DNA of 48,617 nucleotides from an uncultured Holophagaceae bacterium (lineage in GTDB: Bacteria > Acidobacteriota > Holophagae > Holophagales > Holophagaceae). Of the stretch, positions 37,747 to 46,866 are shown piece after piece (the stretch's first letter is position 1; the number at the start of each line of letters is the position of its first letter). The translations under genes and the position numbers were made by a program. The DNA is taken from the NCBI GenBank assembly GCA_903880675.1, contig CAIRQL010000098.1:1-48617 (forward strand), written 5' to 3'. The notes beneath the pieces were generated by a model that had not been told where the DNA came from, ran no database searches, and worked only from the letters and a program-made list of their open reading frames with translations.

Positions 37747-40284
37747 TCACTCGCCTGCAGCGAAGACTTCCCGAGGCTTGCCGGCACCTCGGTCGGGGCC
37801 AACAATTCCTTCTTCTTCCATCCGATCAATGATGCGGGCGGCGCGGCCGTAGCCCAGGTTGAGCTTGCGCTGGAGGAGGCTGGTGCTGGCCTTCCGCTCG
37901 CGGGTCACCACGGCCACAGCCCGCTGATAGATGTCGTCGGCACCGTTGAGCTCGGCCTCGTCGAAGAGGGCCGTTTCCTCCTCGGCTTCCATAGCGCTGA
38001 TGAGGGCCTGGTTGTAGTCCGGGCGGCCCCGCTCCCGCAGCCAGTTCACCAGGCGCAGGGTCTCCTCCTCGCTGATGAAGGGCGCATGGAGGCGGCGGGG
38101 ATGGCTGGCCCCGTTGGCCAGGAAGAGGGCATCGCCGGCGCCCAGGAGCTGCTCGCCGCCGCCGGAGTCCAGGATGGTGCGGCTATCGATCTTGGTGCGC
38201 ACCCGGTAGCTGAGGCGGCTGGGCAGGTTGGCCTTGATGACGCCGGTGACCACATCAACGCTGGGGCGCTGGGTGGCGAGGATGAGGTGGATGCCGACGG
38301 CACGAGCCTTCTGGGCGATGCGCCCGATGCTGTCTTCGACCTCGCTGCGGGCCACCATCATGAGGTCCGCCAGCTCATCGATGACCACCAGCACGTAGGG
38401 CAGCGGCTCGAGCAGGGAGGGGCGGTCGGGCCAGCGCGGATTCGGCGTACGGTCAGAGAGGTCGAAGGTGCCCCCGGAGGCCAGGATCTTGGCGTTGAAG
38501 TTCTCCAGGTTCTTGACGCTGAGCAGGGCCAGGCGGCGGTAGCGGTCCTCCATCTGGGCCACGACCCACTTCAGCACGCGCCCCGCTTCCTTCATGTCCG
38601 TGACCACCGGGGCCCAGAGGTGCGGGATGTCCTCGTAGAGGCCCAGCTCCACCATCTTGGGATCCACCAGGATGAGCTTCACCTCGCTGGGCAGGGCCCG
38701 CACGAGGCAGCTGCAGATCATGGCGTTCACGCCCACGCTCTTGCCGCTGCCGGTGCTGCCGCCAATGAGCAGGTGGGGCATCTTGTTGAGGTCCGTGACC
38801 ACGGGCCGGCCGGAGATGTCCTTGCCCAGCGCCAGCTGCAGCAGGCCCGGCGCATCCCGGAAGGCCGGACTGTCGATGACCTCGCGGAAGGTGATGATCT
38901 CGCGCTTGGGGTTGGGCACCTCGATGCCCACCAGGTTTTTCCCGGGGATGCGATCCATGCGCACCGCCTCGGCCTGCAGGGCCAGGGCCAAGTCCTCTTC
39001 CATGCCCAGGATGCGGGACAGGGGGATGCCGGGGTCGGGCTGGAACTCGAAGACCGTGACCACCGGTCCGGGCTGCATGCCCGTGATGATCCCCTTGATC
39101 TTGAACTCGGACAGCTTCTGTCCAATCTTCTCCCGGATCTCCTCGAGCAGCGCCATGTCGGCCTTGGCGTGCTGCTTGGGGGGATCGAAGAGGCGGCGGG
39201 GTGGCAGGGAATCCCGCTCGGTGATGGAGAGGCGGGGCACCTCCGGTGGGAAGGGGGGGAGCGGACCCCGGGGCGTGGCGTCGGACATGGGCAGGGGAAG
39301 CTGCACGATCTCCCGGCCGAAGCGGTCCCGACCCACCAGGGCCTTCGCCACCGTGGGCTTCGGGACGGGTGGCGGCGGAGCGGTGGCCAGCATGCTGGTG
39401 CGGAAGGTGCCCGGTGCAGCTGCGGTCACGGGGCCTGTGGCTTCCGGGGCCTGCGCGTCGATGATGGCAGTGCTGGCATCGAGGTTGAGGGAGTGGATGA
39501 GGGGCAGCCGGTCTTCCGGGACAGGCACGGGCTTTCGCTTGCGGGCCTCTGCCGACTGGCGCTCCGCCTGCGCCAGGGCCCCGTTCTGGGCATCCAGCTT
39601 CCGGTCGCGCTCGGCCAGGGCCAGCAGGCCTTCGGCATCCTGGGCATCGAGGTCAGGGACCTGGGAGGTGCTGCGCAGGAAGGGCCGCTTCACCATGGTG
39701 AGGAAGCGCTGCAGGCCGTCCGCCGGCAGGGGCCGGATGAAGATGGCCGTCTCTCCGAACCAGCGGGTGAGGAGGACGCCGATGGCGCGGGTGATGGAGG
39801 GAGCCAGGACCAGGGCGCAGGCGACCACCGCCAGCGTCAACAGCAGCGGCAAACCGACGGGCCCGAGGAAGCGGCGCAAGGAAGGCCAGAGGGCGCTGCC
39901 CAGCCAACCGCCCCACCGCAGCTGCAAGGTGCCGGCCTCGGGAAGCCCCGTCCAGACACGGTTCCCGAAGGCTCCGAGGGCGGTCCAGACGCAGAAGGCG
40001 AGCACCGCCCAGGCCACGCGCCCAGACCAGCGGCGACCCTCCCGGGGCCAGGCCTCCCACAGGAGGTAGGGGGGCACGAGCCAGCCGCCGAGGCCGATGA
40101 GGGTCTGCAGCAGGCCAGCCAGGGTGGCACCCACGGTGCCGCAGAGGTTCTGCACCGCCGCCACCGCCGAGCCCTGGGTGAAGGGATGGGGATCCAGGGG
40201 ATGGAAGCTGCCGAGGGAGAGGAGGAGTACCAGGGCGGTGAAACCCAGTGCTGTCCTGATCATCCAGCGGCCGATTCCCTGCAA
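37747..40284 (-). CDS. ftsK: DNA translocase FtsK
   Basis: N-terminal TM domain, Pro-rich linker, GPVVT, PHLLIGGSTGSGKS, IDELADLMM, ATQRPSVDV, gamma domain STSLLQRKLNLGYGRAAR; GGAGG RBS, TTG start. Confidence 0.96.
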   Translation of the reverse strand: MQGIGRWMIRTALGFTALVLLLSLGSFHPLDPHPFTQGSAVAAVQNLCGTVGATLAGLLQTLIGLGGWLVPPYLLWEAWPREGRRWSGRVAWAVLAFCVWTALGAFGNRVWTGLPEAGTLQLRWGGWLGSALWPSLRRFLGPVGLPLLLTLAVVACALVLAPSITRAIGVLLTRWFGETAIFIRPLPADGLQRFLTMVKRPFLRSTSQVPDLDAQDAEGLLALAERDRKLDAQNGALAQAERQSAEARKRKPVPVPEDRLPLIHSLNLDASTAIIDAQAPEATGPVTAAAPGTFRTSMLATAPPPPVPKPTVAKALVGRDRFGREIVQLPLPMSDATPRGPLPPFPPEVPRLSITERDSLPPRRLFDPPKQHAKADMALLEEIREKIGQKLSEFKIKGIITGMQPGPVVTVFEFQPDPGIPLSRILGMEEDLALALQAEAVRMDRIPGKNLVGIEVPNPKREIITFREVIDSPAFRDAPGLLQLALGKDISGRPVVTDLNKMPHLLIGGSTGSGKSVGVNAMICSCLVRALPSEVKLILVDPKMVELGLYEDIPHLWAPVVTDMKEAGRVLKWVVAQMEDRYRRLALLSVKNLENFNAKILASGGTFDLSDRTPNPRWPDRPSLLEPLPYVLVVIDELADLMMVARSEVEDSIGRIAQKARAVGIHLILATQRPSVDVVTGVIKANLPSRLSYRVRTKIDSRTILDSGGGEQLLGAGDALFLANGASHPRRLHAPFISEEETLRLVNWLRERGRPDYNQALISAMEAEEETALFDEAELNGADDIYQRAVAVVTRERKASTSLLQRKLNLGYGRAARIIDRMEEEGIVGPDRGAGKPREVFAAGE

Positions 40285-40331
40285 CGAACCTCCCGGGTGT
40301 CCTGGCTACAGTGTAGCCCAGCCGCAGGCAG

Positions 40332-42182
40332 CTAGCGGCCCTTGGGAGGCGGTGTGCCGAGAAGCCCCACGCGCTGGCGGGCATCCCAGGCGGGCTTGCC
40401 GAGGTCGCGCACGAAGTCACCGGCGGTGACGAAGGTCCAGCCCTCCTTCAGGGCCCGGTCCATGAAGGCGCCCAGACCCTCCGAGGGACGATCTCCGTCG
40501 CTGCGCTCCGAGCCCAGGTGCATCAGCACGATGAGGCCGTCCCCGTCCTTGTCGAGGCGCTTTCGCAGGCGCTCCAGAATGGCCTCCCCGCTGCGGTAGA
40601 GGTTCCGCTCCCGGCGGGTGGCCCAGTCCAGGGTGTCGGCGCCTTCGCTCCAACCCACATGGCGGTAGCCCACCTCCTCGGCCCAGCGCCGGAGCTCCGC
40701 CGTGTGCTCGCCATAGGGGGCCCGCCAGAGGGGATCCATGGGGCGGCCCAGAAGGCGCAGCAGGGCGGCGTCGGCGTCCAGCAGCTGCTGCTGGAACCGC
40801 TCCCTGGTCCACTTGGGGTCGCGCTTCATGCCCGGGGCGAAGTGGGGGTGGTTCAAGGTGTGGTTGCCCAGCTCGTGGCCCTCGGCGGCCATGCGGCGCA
40901 CCAGGGCGGGCTGGCGCTGGATGAAGGCCCCCGTGAGGAAGAAGGTGGACCGGACCCTGCGGGCCTTGAGGAGGTCCAGGATCTGGGCCGCGACTTCGGC
41001 ATTGGAGCCACCGTCGAAGCTCAGCAGGAGCCGCTTGCGGCCCGTGGGCCCCCGGGTGAGGTTGAGGGCCTCGCCGGCTCCGGGCCAGGCGTGCACCTGG
41101 GTCTGGAGCGGCGGCTGGGCCTGGGGTGGCCGAGCCGGCAGGGTCTCCATGAGGTTCGGTGCTGCGGTGCTGCGGCGGGCGGTGGGGGCCATCTCCGGGG
41201 CGCCGGTGGCGGCCACCCGGCGGCCTGGCAGGGGGGCCAGGTGGGCGCTCGGCAGGCTGGTCTCGGTCTGCGCCCAGGCGGGTAGTGTGGGCGCGGCGGA
41301 GCGGGTGGCAGGTGCCTGGTCCGTGCGAGGCAGGGGCAGGGGCTTGCGCTCGGGTAGGGGCTGGACCGGGGCGCTGGGCAGGAAGGCCTCCGCCCGGGCC
41401 CGTGCGGGCGGCAGAGGCGGTGCAGGCCGGGTCGCAGGCGCCTGGTCCGTGCGGGGCAGGGTCTGAGGTGTCCGCGCAGACAGGGGCTGCACGGGGGTGC
41501 TGGGCAGGAAGGTCTCCGCTCGGGCCCGGGCGGGCGGCAGGGACGGCGCGGGCCGGGTTGGAGGGGCTTGGTCCGTGCGGGGCAGGGTCTGGGGTGTGCG
41601 CGCGGACAGAGGCTGCACGGGGGCGCTGGGCAGGAAGGTCTCCGCCCGGGCCCGGGCGGGCGGCGGGGGCGGTACCGGCCGGATTGGGGGGGCCTGGTCC
41701 GTGCGGGGCAGGGTCTGAGGCTTCCGCTCAGGCAGGGGCGGCACGGGGGTGCTGGGGAGACGGGCCTCGGTCCGGGTGCTGGGGGGCGGTGGGGGCGGTG
41801 CCGGAGGGACCGGTTTCGGTGCAGACGCAGACGGCTTCGGGGTGGCCCCGGGCGGGGTGGTGGCAAAGGTGAAGCGGGCCAGCTCCACGCCTTCCCCCGT
41901 CAGCAGGACGGCTGTCTGTCCCTCCGGTGGTCGCAGGAACTCCCACCGCACCGGGCCCAGCTCGGCAAACCGGCGCTCCCGGATGGAGGATCCCTCCAGG
42001 CGCAGCTCTGTGTCCCGGTCCACCTCCCCTTCGATGACGGCCCAGCTGCCCAAGGGGTGCCAGGTCCAGGGGGTCAGGGTCGGGGCCGGCGCCACCGCAG
42101 AGGGGGCCTTGGGCTCCGGGGCCTGCTCTCTTCCGCAGGCAGCCAGGAGCAGCAGCAGGAGGGTGGCGGCACGGACCTTCAC
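40332..42182 (-). CDS. Lipoprotein polysaccharide deacetylase (CE4/NodB) with long Pro-rich repeat stalk
   Basis: Preferred GTG 42182 (GTGA overlap), LAAC lipobox; C-terminal SFDGG, HELGNHTLNHPH, RAPYG, LMH. Confidence 0.82.
   Translation of the reverse strand: MKVRAATLLLLLLAACGREQAPEPKAPSAVAPAPTLTPWTWHPLGSWAVIEGEVDRDTELRLEGSSIRERRFAELGPVRWEFLRPPEGQTAVLLTGEGVELARFTFATTPPGATPKPSASAPKPVPPAPPPPPPSTRTEARLPSTPVPPLPERKPQTLPRTDQAPPIRPVPPPPPARARAETFLPSAPVQPLSARTPQTLPRTDQAPPTRPAPSLPPARARAETFLPSTPVQPLSARTPQTLPRTDQAPATRPAPPLPPARARAEAFLPSAPVQPLPERKPLPLPRTDQAPATRSAAPTLPAWAQTETSLPSAHLAPLPGRRVAATGAPEMAPTARRSTAAPNLMETLPARPPQAQPPLQTQVHAWPGAGEALNLTRGPTGRKRLLLSFDGGSNAEVAAQILDLLKARRVRSTFFLTGAFIQRQPALVRRMAAEGHELGNHTLNHPHFAPGMKRDPKWTRERFQQQLLDADAALLRLLGRPMDPLWRAPYGEHTAELRRWAEEVGYRHVGWSEGADTLDWATRRERNLYRSGEAILERLRKRLDKDGDGLIVLMHLGSERSDGDRPSEGLGAFMDRALKEGWTFVTAGDFVRDLGKPAWDARQRVGLLGTPPPKGR
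41230..41790 (-). repeat. Intragenic tandem repeat, about 4.5 copies of a 126-nt (42-aa) unit
   Basis: tggtccgtgc recurs at 41317, 41443, 41569 and 41695 (exact 126-nt period); boundaries approximate. Confidence 0.92.
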
Positions 42183-42529
42183 GGCGCTCCGGTGCGGCGG
42201 CACAGGGCCCAGTAGTTGGCCTTCTCCCGCACCTTCACCGCGGTGGGCTGCAGGACGGCTGCCTGCAGGTGCAAGAAGGCGGACTCCGCCAGCACCTCGG
42301 CGGTGGGGTTGCGCCCCGCCAGGGCCGGCAGGTCGTTGAGCAGGCGGTAGTCCAGGCCAGCCACCCAGGCGTCGAGGGCTGCAGCGAAGGGGGCTTCCCC
42401 GGCCGGGTCCACCAGGGCCACGGTGGCCTCCACCTCCCAGTTATGCCCGTGCCGGTCCTCCTGGAACCCCGGCAGGTCATGGAAGTGGTCGGCCACAAAG
42501 CGGCGGCGCAGGGAGAGGGTGAATGGCAT
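42179..42529 (-). CDS. 6-pyruvoyltetrahydropterin synthase family protein (QueD fold), PTPS-III signature
   Basis: F-x-A-D-H, EDRHGHNW (E-x2-HGH, no Cys), LDYRLLND, NPTAEVLA, VRE. Confidence 0.8.
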   Translation of the reverse strand: MPFTLSLRRRFVADHFHDLPGFQEDRHGHNWEVEATVALVDPAGEAPFAAALDAWVAGLDYRLLNDLPALAGRNPTAEVLAESAFLHLQAAVLQPTAVKVREKANYWALCRRTGAP

Positions 42530-42550
42530 GGGGGGACAGTATAGCTTTTT

Positions 42551-42580
42551 GCTGTCGGCTATCAGCTATCAGCTGACAGC
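42551..42580. repeat. 7-nt periodic repeat with inverted ends
   Basis: GCTGTCG GCTATCA GCTATCA GCTGACAGC. Confidence 0.65.
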
Positions 42581-42589
42581 CATTTGCCC

Positions 42590-43246
42590 TTACCCCAGCT
42601 CCGCCCGCAGCGCACCCAGGTAGGCCAGCATGGCGGCCTGGCGGTCGGCGGCTCGGTGGCGACCGGCGGTGGTCTTCATGCCCTCGGCCAGCTTGAGGAG
42701 CTTGCGCTCGAAGTGATCCAGGCTCCAGGCCTTGTCGTCCAGGCTACGATCCTCCGCCCAGGGATCCTCCGGGTGCCAGAGGCCAGCGCCGAAGCTGGCT
42801 CCGGTGGCAAAGACCCGGGCCACACCCACGGCACCCAGGGCCTCCAGGCGGTCCGCATCCTGGACCACCTCAGCCTCCAGGCTGGCGGGTGCGCCCCCGC
42901 CGCTCCAGCTGTGGGTGGCCACAGCCGCCGCCACCTGGTCGGCCAGGGCCTCCAGGCCCGGGGTCTCCCGGCACCAGCGGGGCACCAGGTCCGCCGCCAT
43001 CTGGGCTGTCTGGGGGGACTCTGGGTGGTTCTTGGGGCGGTAGACGAGGTCGTGCAGGAGCGCCGCTGCCACGCAAACCTGGGGATTGGCACCCTCCTCC
43101 CGGGCCATGGCATGGGCCAGGTGGGCCACTCGCAGGATGTGCCCCAGGTCGTGGGCCGAGTCCCGCGGGAAGGGCTCTTCGGCGAAGTGGGTGCGGAGGC
43201 GGGCCACCAGGGTCTGGAACCAGGGGAAACCGGGCGTTTCGGGCAT
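42590..43246 (-). CDS. HD-domain phosphohydrolase (YedJ-like)
   Basis: DSAHDLGHILRV, AALLHD, HS, QDADRLEALGAVG, HFERKLLKL. Confidence 0.88.
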   Translation of the reverse strand: MPETPGFPWFQTLVARLRTHFAEEPFPRDSAHDLGHILRVAHLAHAMAREEGANPQVCVAAALLHDLVYRPKNHPESPQTAQMAADLVPRWCRETPGLEALADQVAAAVATHSWSGGGAPASLEAEVVQDADRLEALGAVGVARVFATGASFGAGLWHPEDPWAEDRSLDDKAWSLDHFERKLLKLAEGMKTTAGRHRAADRQAAMLAYLGALRAELG

Positions 43247-43325
43247 CGTTCCAGGCTAGGGCATGGTCCGCCCCGGCGGAAGGCGCAGATCGTCATACCA
43301 TGGAGGGTTCCGGCCCGGAGGCCCC

Positions 43326-45074
43326 ATGCGCATGCTCTTGACCCTTGCCCTCAGCCTCTGCAGCGCAGTGGCGGGCTGGGCCCAGCGGGCGGACACCAAC
43401 TTCGATCCCACCAGGGATGTGGGTCTGCGCTATGAGAAGGGGGCGGTGGTGGTCGGTGTGCCGCCGGGCGCCCACCTCAAGGCCTCCTTCATGGCCGTGG
43501 CCAAGCAAGGCGGTCCCGGCACCCTCAAGGTCGGCCCGCTGCCCCCGACCCCAGATCAGGACGAGCTGGGTGACGGCATCTGGCATGGCCAGGTGAAGAT
43601 CCCCCTGCAGGGCACCGGCCTCAGTGGCACCGTGACCCTCGCCGTGACCTACCAGCCCTGCACCGAGGGTGAGGGTGGGGTCTGCTACCCGCCGACGACG
43701 CGGACGCTGGCGGTGAAGGCGGGGGAGATTCCTGCGGTAAAACCGGCGGAGGGCGCGCCGGTTTTACCGATGGGAAAAGCCACGGAAGGGGTGAAGGTCG
43801 AGGCGGCTCCAATTGTGCCGCTCCCTGTGGCGGTGGCACCGTCCACCCCGGCACCTGCACCGGAGCGATCCGGACTGATGCTGTCCCTCTTGCTGGTCTT
43901 CCTGGCGGGCATGGGGGCTTCGCTGACGCCCTGCGTGTTCCCGATGATCCCCATCACCATGGCCATCATCGGCGCCAAGGGCGGGGGTAAGGCCAAGGGC
44001 TTCGCGCTCTCCGGCACGCTGGTGCTGGGCATGGCGGTGACCTACACGACCCTGGGCGTGTTGGCCGCTCGCAGCGGCGCCGCCTTCGGGGCCTTTGCGC
44101 AGAAGCCGGGCTTCCTGATCCCGGTCTCCCTGCTCTTCGCGGTCTTTGCCGTGTCCCTCTTCGGCGCCTTCGAGATCGCCCTGCCCTCGGGTCTGGCGGC
44201 CAAGCTCCAGGGGGATGGCACCCGCAAGGGCTTCGGCGGGGCCTTCCTCATGGGCCTGGCGCTGGGGCCGCTGTCAGCGCCTTGCGTGGGACCCGTCATC
44301 GGGGCCGTGCTGGTGGCCATCGCCCAGCAGGGAGATGTCTGGCTGGGGGGCCTCCAGCTCTTCGTCTTCGCCCTGGGCATGGGGGTGCTGTTCCTGGTGG
44401 TGGGCACCTTCTCGGCGGCGCTGCCCCGCAGTGGTGACTGGCTCACCCGCTTCAAGCAGGGCATGGGCCTGGTGGTGCTGGGCTTTGCCGCCTGGAACGT
44501 GCGCCTGGTGGTCCCGGAGTGGACGAACTTCGCCCTGTGGTCCGCAGTCCTCCTCACCGGTGCGGCGGTCTTCGGTGCCTTCGAGTCCGCTGCCGGATTG
44601 GTGGCTCAGCTCCGCCGGGGTGCGGCAGTCTTGTTGCTGGTTCTGGCCGTCCTCCTGGGCATCCGCGCCACCGAAGCCGCTCTCAGCATCACCCTCCTAG
44701 GCACTTCCAACAGCCGAATCGCCGACGGCGATTCTGCTAATAAGGGCTGGCTCGAGCAGGACCTCGAAGCCGCCCTCGTCAAGGCCAAGGCCGAGGGCAA
44801 GGTGGTGCTGGTGGACATCTACGCCGACTGGTGCGCCCAGTGCAAAGAGCTGGACGAGAAGACCTGGCCGGACGCTTCCGTGCAGGCCTGGATCAGAGCC
44901 AATGCCGTGGCCATCCGCATCGACACCGATGCCAAGCGCAAGGACCTGGCGACCAAGCTGCAGATCCGCAGCTACCCCACCGTGCTCCTGCTGGATGCCG
45001 AAGGGCGGGAGCTGCGGCGCATCCTGGGGTTCCAGAAGCCCGGGACCATGAAGGCCTGGCTGGAAGGGAAGTAG
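43326..45074 (+). CDS. dsbD: Thiol:disulfide interchange protein DsbD
   Basis: Periplasmic N-domain QPC…VCYPP, TM domain LTPCVFP and APCVGP, C-terminal thioredoxin WCAQC; GGAGG RBS before ATG 43326. Confidence 0.88.
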   Translation: MRMLLTLALSLCSAVAGWAQRADTNFDPTRDVGLRYEKGAVVVGVPPGAHLKASFMAVAKQGGPGTLKVGPLPPTPDQDELGDGIWHGQVKIPLQGTGLSGTVTLAVTYQPCTEGEGGVCYPPTTRTLAVKAGEIPAVKPAEGAPVLPMGKATEGVKVEAAPIVPLPVAVAPSTPAPAPERSGLMLSLLLVFLAGMGASLTPCVFPMIPITMAIIGAKGGGKAKGFALSGTLVLGMAVTYTTLGVLAARSGAAFGAFAQKPGFLIPVSLLFAVFAVSLFGAFEIALPSGLAAKLQGDGTRKGFGGAFLMGLALGPLSAPCVGPVIGAVLVAIAQQGDVWLGGLQLFVFALGMGVLFLVVGTFSAALPRSGDWLTRFKQGMGLVVLGFAAWNVRLVVPEWTNFALWSAVLLTGAAVFGAFESAAGLVAQLRRGAAVLLLVLAVLLGIRATEAALSITLLGTSNSRIADGDSANKGWLEQDLEAALVKAKAEGKVVLVDIYADWCAQCKELDEKTWPDASVQAWIRANAVAIRIDTDAKRKDLATKLQIRSYPTVLLLDAEGRELRRILGFQKPGTMKAWLEGK

Positions 45075-45235
45075 CCCAGCCTCACCAACAGCACTGCCAA
45101 GGTCTTCCGAGCTGCCCCCGGCCCGGGGTTTCGGGTTCGTAGCTTGGGCTGGTTTGTGGCATTGTTTATAGGTCTATCCCCTTTCTATTTCCCACCCTCT
45201 GCCCACCCGGCACCGGTCCTTCAGGAGACGCTCCC

Positions 45236-46825
45236 ATGCGGTCACCCCAGTCCCCAGCCCCGGCCACCCCGCCCGCCCCCAAGGTCTTTCGCCAGGAGCT
45301 CTCCCCCATCCACTTCATGGAGCGGGCGGGCGAGATCTTTGCGGACCGGACCTCGGTGACGGATGGGGACCGCCGCTTTACTTGGCGCGAGACCCGCGCC
45401 CGGACCCGGCGCTTGGCCTCTGCCCTGCGGGCGGATGACCTGAAGAAGGGCGACCGCATCGCCTTCCTCGCCTTCAACTCGGAGCCGCTCCTCATCGCCC
45501 ACACCGCCATCCCCCTCGCCGGGGGCGTGCTGGTGGCCATCAACACCCGCCTGAACCAGGACGAGGTGGCCTACATCATCGAGCACTGCGGCGCCACGAA
45601 GGTCTTCGTGTCCCCGGAGCTGCTGCCCACGCTGGCCCTGGTGCCCCCGACCATCCAGCGGGTGGTGCTGGGACCTGACTTCGAGGCCCTGCTGGCCAAG
45701 GGCTCCGAGGAGCCCGTGGCGCTGGTGCTGGAGAGCGAGGACGAGCCCATCACCATCAACTACACATCGGGTACCACCGGCCGGCCCAAGGGCGTGGTCT
45801 ACCACCACCGGGGTGCCTACCTGAATGCCCTGGCCATGATCATCGACCACCGCCTCCAGGTCGAGTCCCGCTACCTGTGGACGCTGCCCATGTTCCACTG
45901 CAACGGCTGGTGCTTCACCTGGGGTGTCGTGGCCGTGGGCGCGGAGAGCGTCTGCATCCCCAAGATCGAGCCCGGTCCCACCTGGGAGCTGTTCGACACG
46001 GGTGTGACCCACTTCTGCGCGGCTCCCACGGTCTGCACCATGCTCATGAACGATCCTGCCGCCCACACGCTGGTCAAGCCCGTGCGGCTCTTCGCAGCGG
46101 GCGCGCCGCCCTCCCCGACGCTCATCACGCGCATGTCCGAGCTGAACTTCCAGCTGGAGCATGTCTACGGTCTGACCGAGGTCTACGGACCCTTCACCAT
46201 CAACGTGCCGCCTCCGGGTCTGGCGGCCATGTCCCCCGCGGATCAGGCGGATTTCCGCGCCCGCCAGGGCATGGCTAACGTCTGTGCCGGCGAGGTTCGG
46301 ATCGTGGATGACGAGATGCGGGATGTCCCCGCAGATAGCGCCACCATGGGCGAAGTGGTCATGCGCGGCAATGTCGTCATGCTGGGCTACTACAACGATG
46401 CGGAAGCCACCGCCAAGGCCTTCAAGGGCGGCTGGTTCCACTCGGGCGACCTGGGCGTGAGCCACCCCGATGGCTCCATCGAGCTGCGCGACCGCATGAA
46501 GGACATCATCATCTCCGGTGGCGAGAACATCTCCACCATCGAGGTGGAGCAGGCCGTGGTCTCCCACCCGGCCGTGATGGAGTGCGCCGTCATCGCCGTG
46601 CCCGACGAGAAGTGGGGCGAGGTGCCCAAGGCCTTCGTCACCCTCAAGCCCGGTGCAACCCTCACCGCCGAGGAGCTGGTGGCCCACTGCCGCACCCGCC
46701 TGGCCAACTTCAAGCTGCCCCGCCACATCGAGTTCGGCGGCCTGCCCAAGACCTCCACCGGCAAGATCCAGAAGTTCCTGCTCCGCGACAAAGAATGGAA
46801 AGGCCGCGAGCGGCGCATCAACTAG
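45236..46825 (+). CDS. Acyl-CoA synthetase (AMP-forming)
   Basis: YTSGTTGRPKG, LPMFHCNGW, YGLTE, WFHSGD, DIIISGGENIS, TGKIQK; AGGAG RBS. Confidence 0.92.
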   Translation: MRSPQSPAPATPPAPKVFRQELSPIHFMERAGEIFADRTSVTDGDRRFTWRETRARTRRLASALRADDLKKGDRIAFLAFNSEPLLIAHTAIPLAGGVLVAINTRLNQDEVAYIIEHCGATKVFVSPELLPTLALVPPTIQRVVLGPDFEALLAKGSEEPVALVLESEDEPITINYTSGTTGRPKGVVYHHRGAYLNALAMIIDHRLQVESRYLWTLPMFHCNGWCFTWGVVAVGAESVCIPKIEPGPTWELFDTGVTHFCAAPTVCTMLMNDPAAHTLVKPVRLFAAGAPPSPTLITRMSELNFQLEHVYGLTEVYGPFTINVPPPGLAAMSPADQADFRARQGMANVCAGEVRIVDDEMRDVPADSATMGEVVMRGNVVMLGYYNDAEATAKAFKGGWFHSGDLGVSHPDGSIELRDRMKDIIISGGENISTIEVEQAVVSHPAVMECAVIAVPDEKWGEVPKAFVTLKPGATLTAEELVAHCRTRLANFKLPRHIEFGGLPKTSTGKIQKFLLRDKEWKGRERRIN

Positions 46826-46866
46826 GGCTCGAAAGACCAAAAGCCAACCAATCTTTTTCTCTTTTT

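Noticed and set aside
45075-45155. Possible structured RNA after dsbD
   Set aside because: Only imperfect GC pairings expected by chance at this GC content; no known family features.
45157-45172. TGGCAT as a possible sigma54 promoter for the acyl-CoA synthetase
   Set aside because: No GC at the -12 position (GG-N10-AG).
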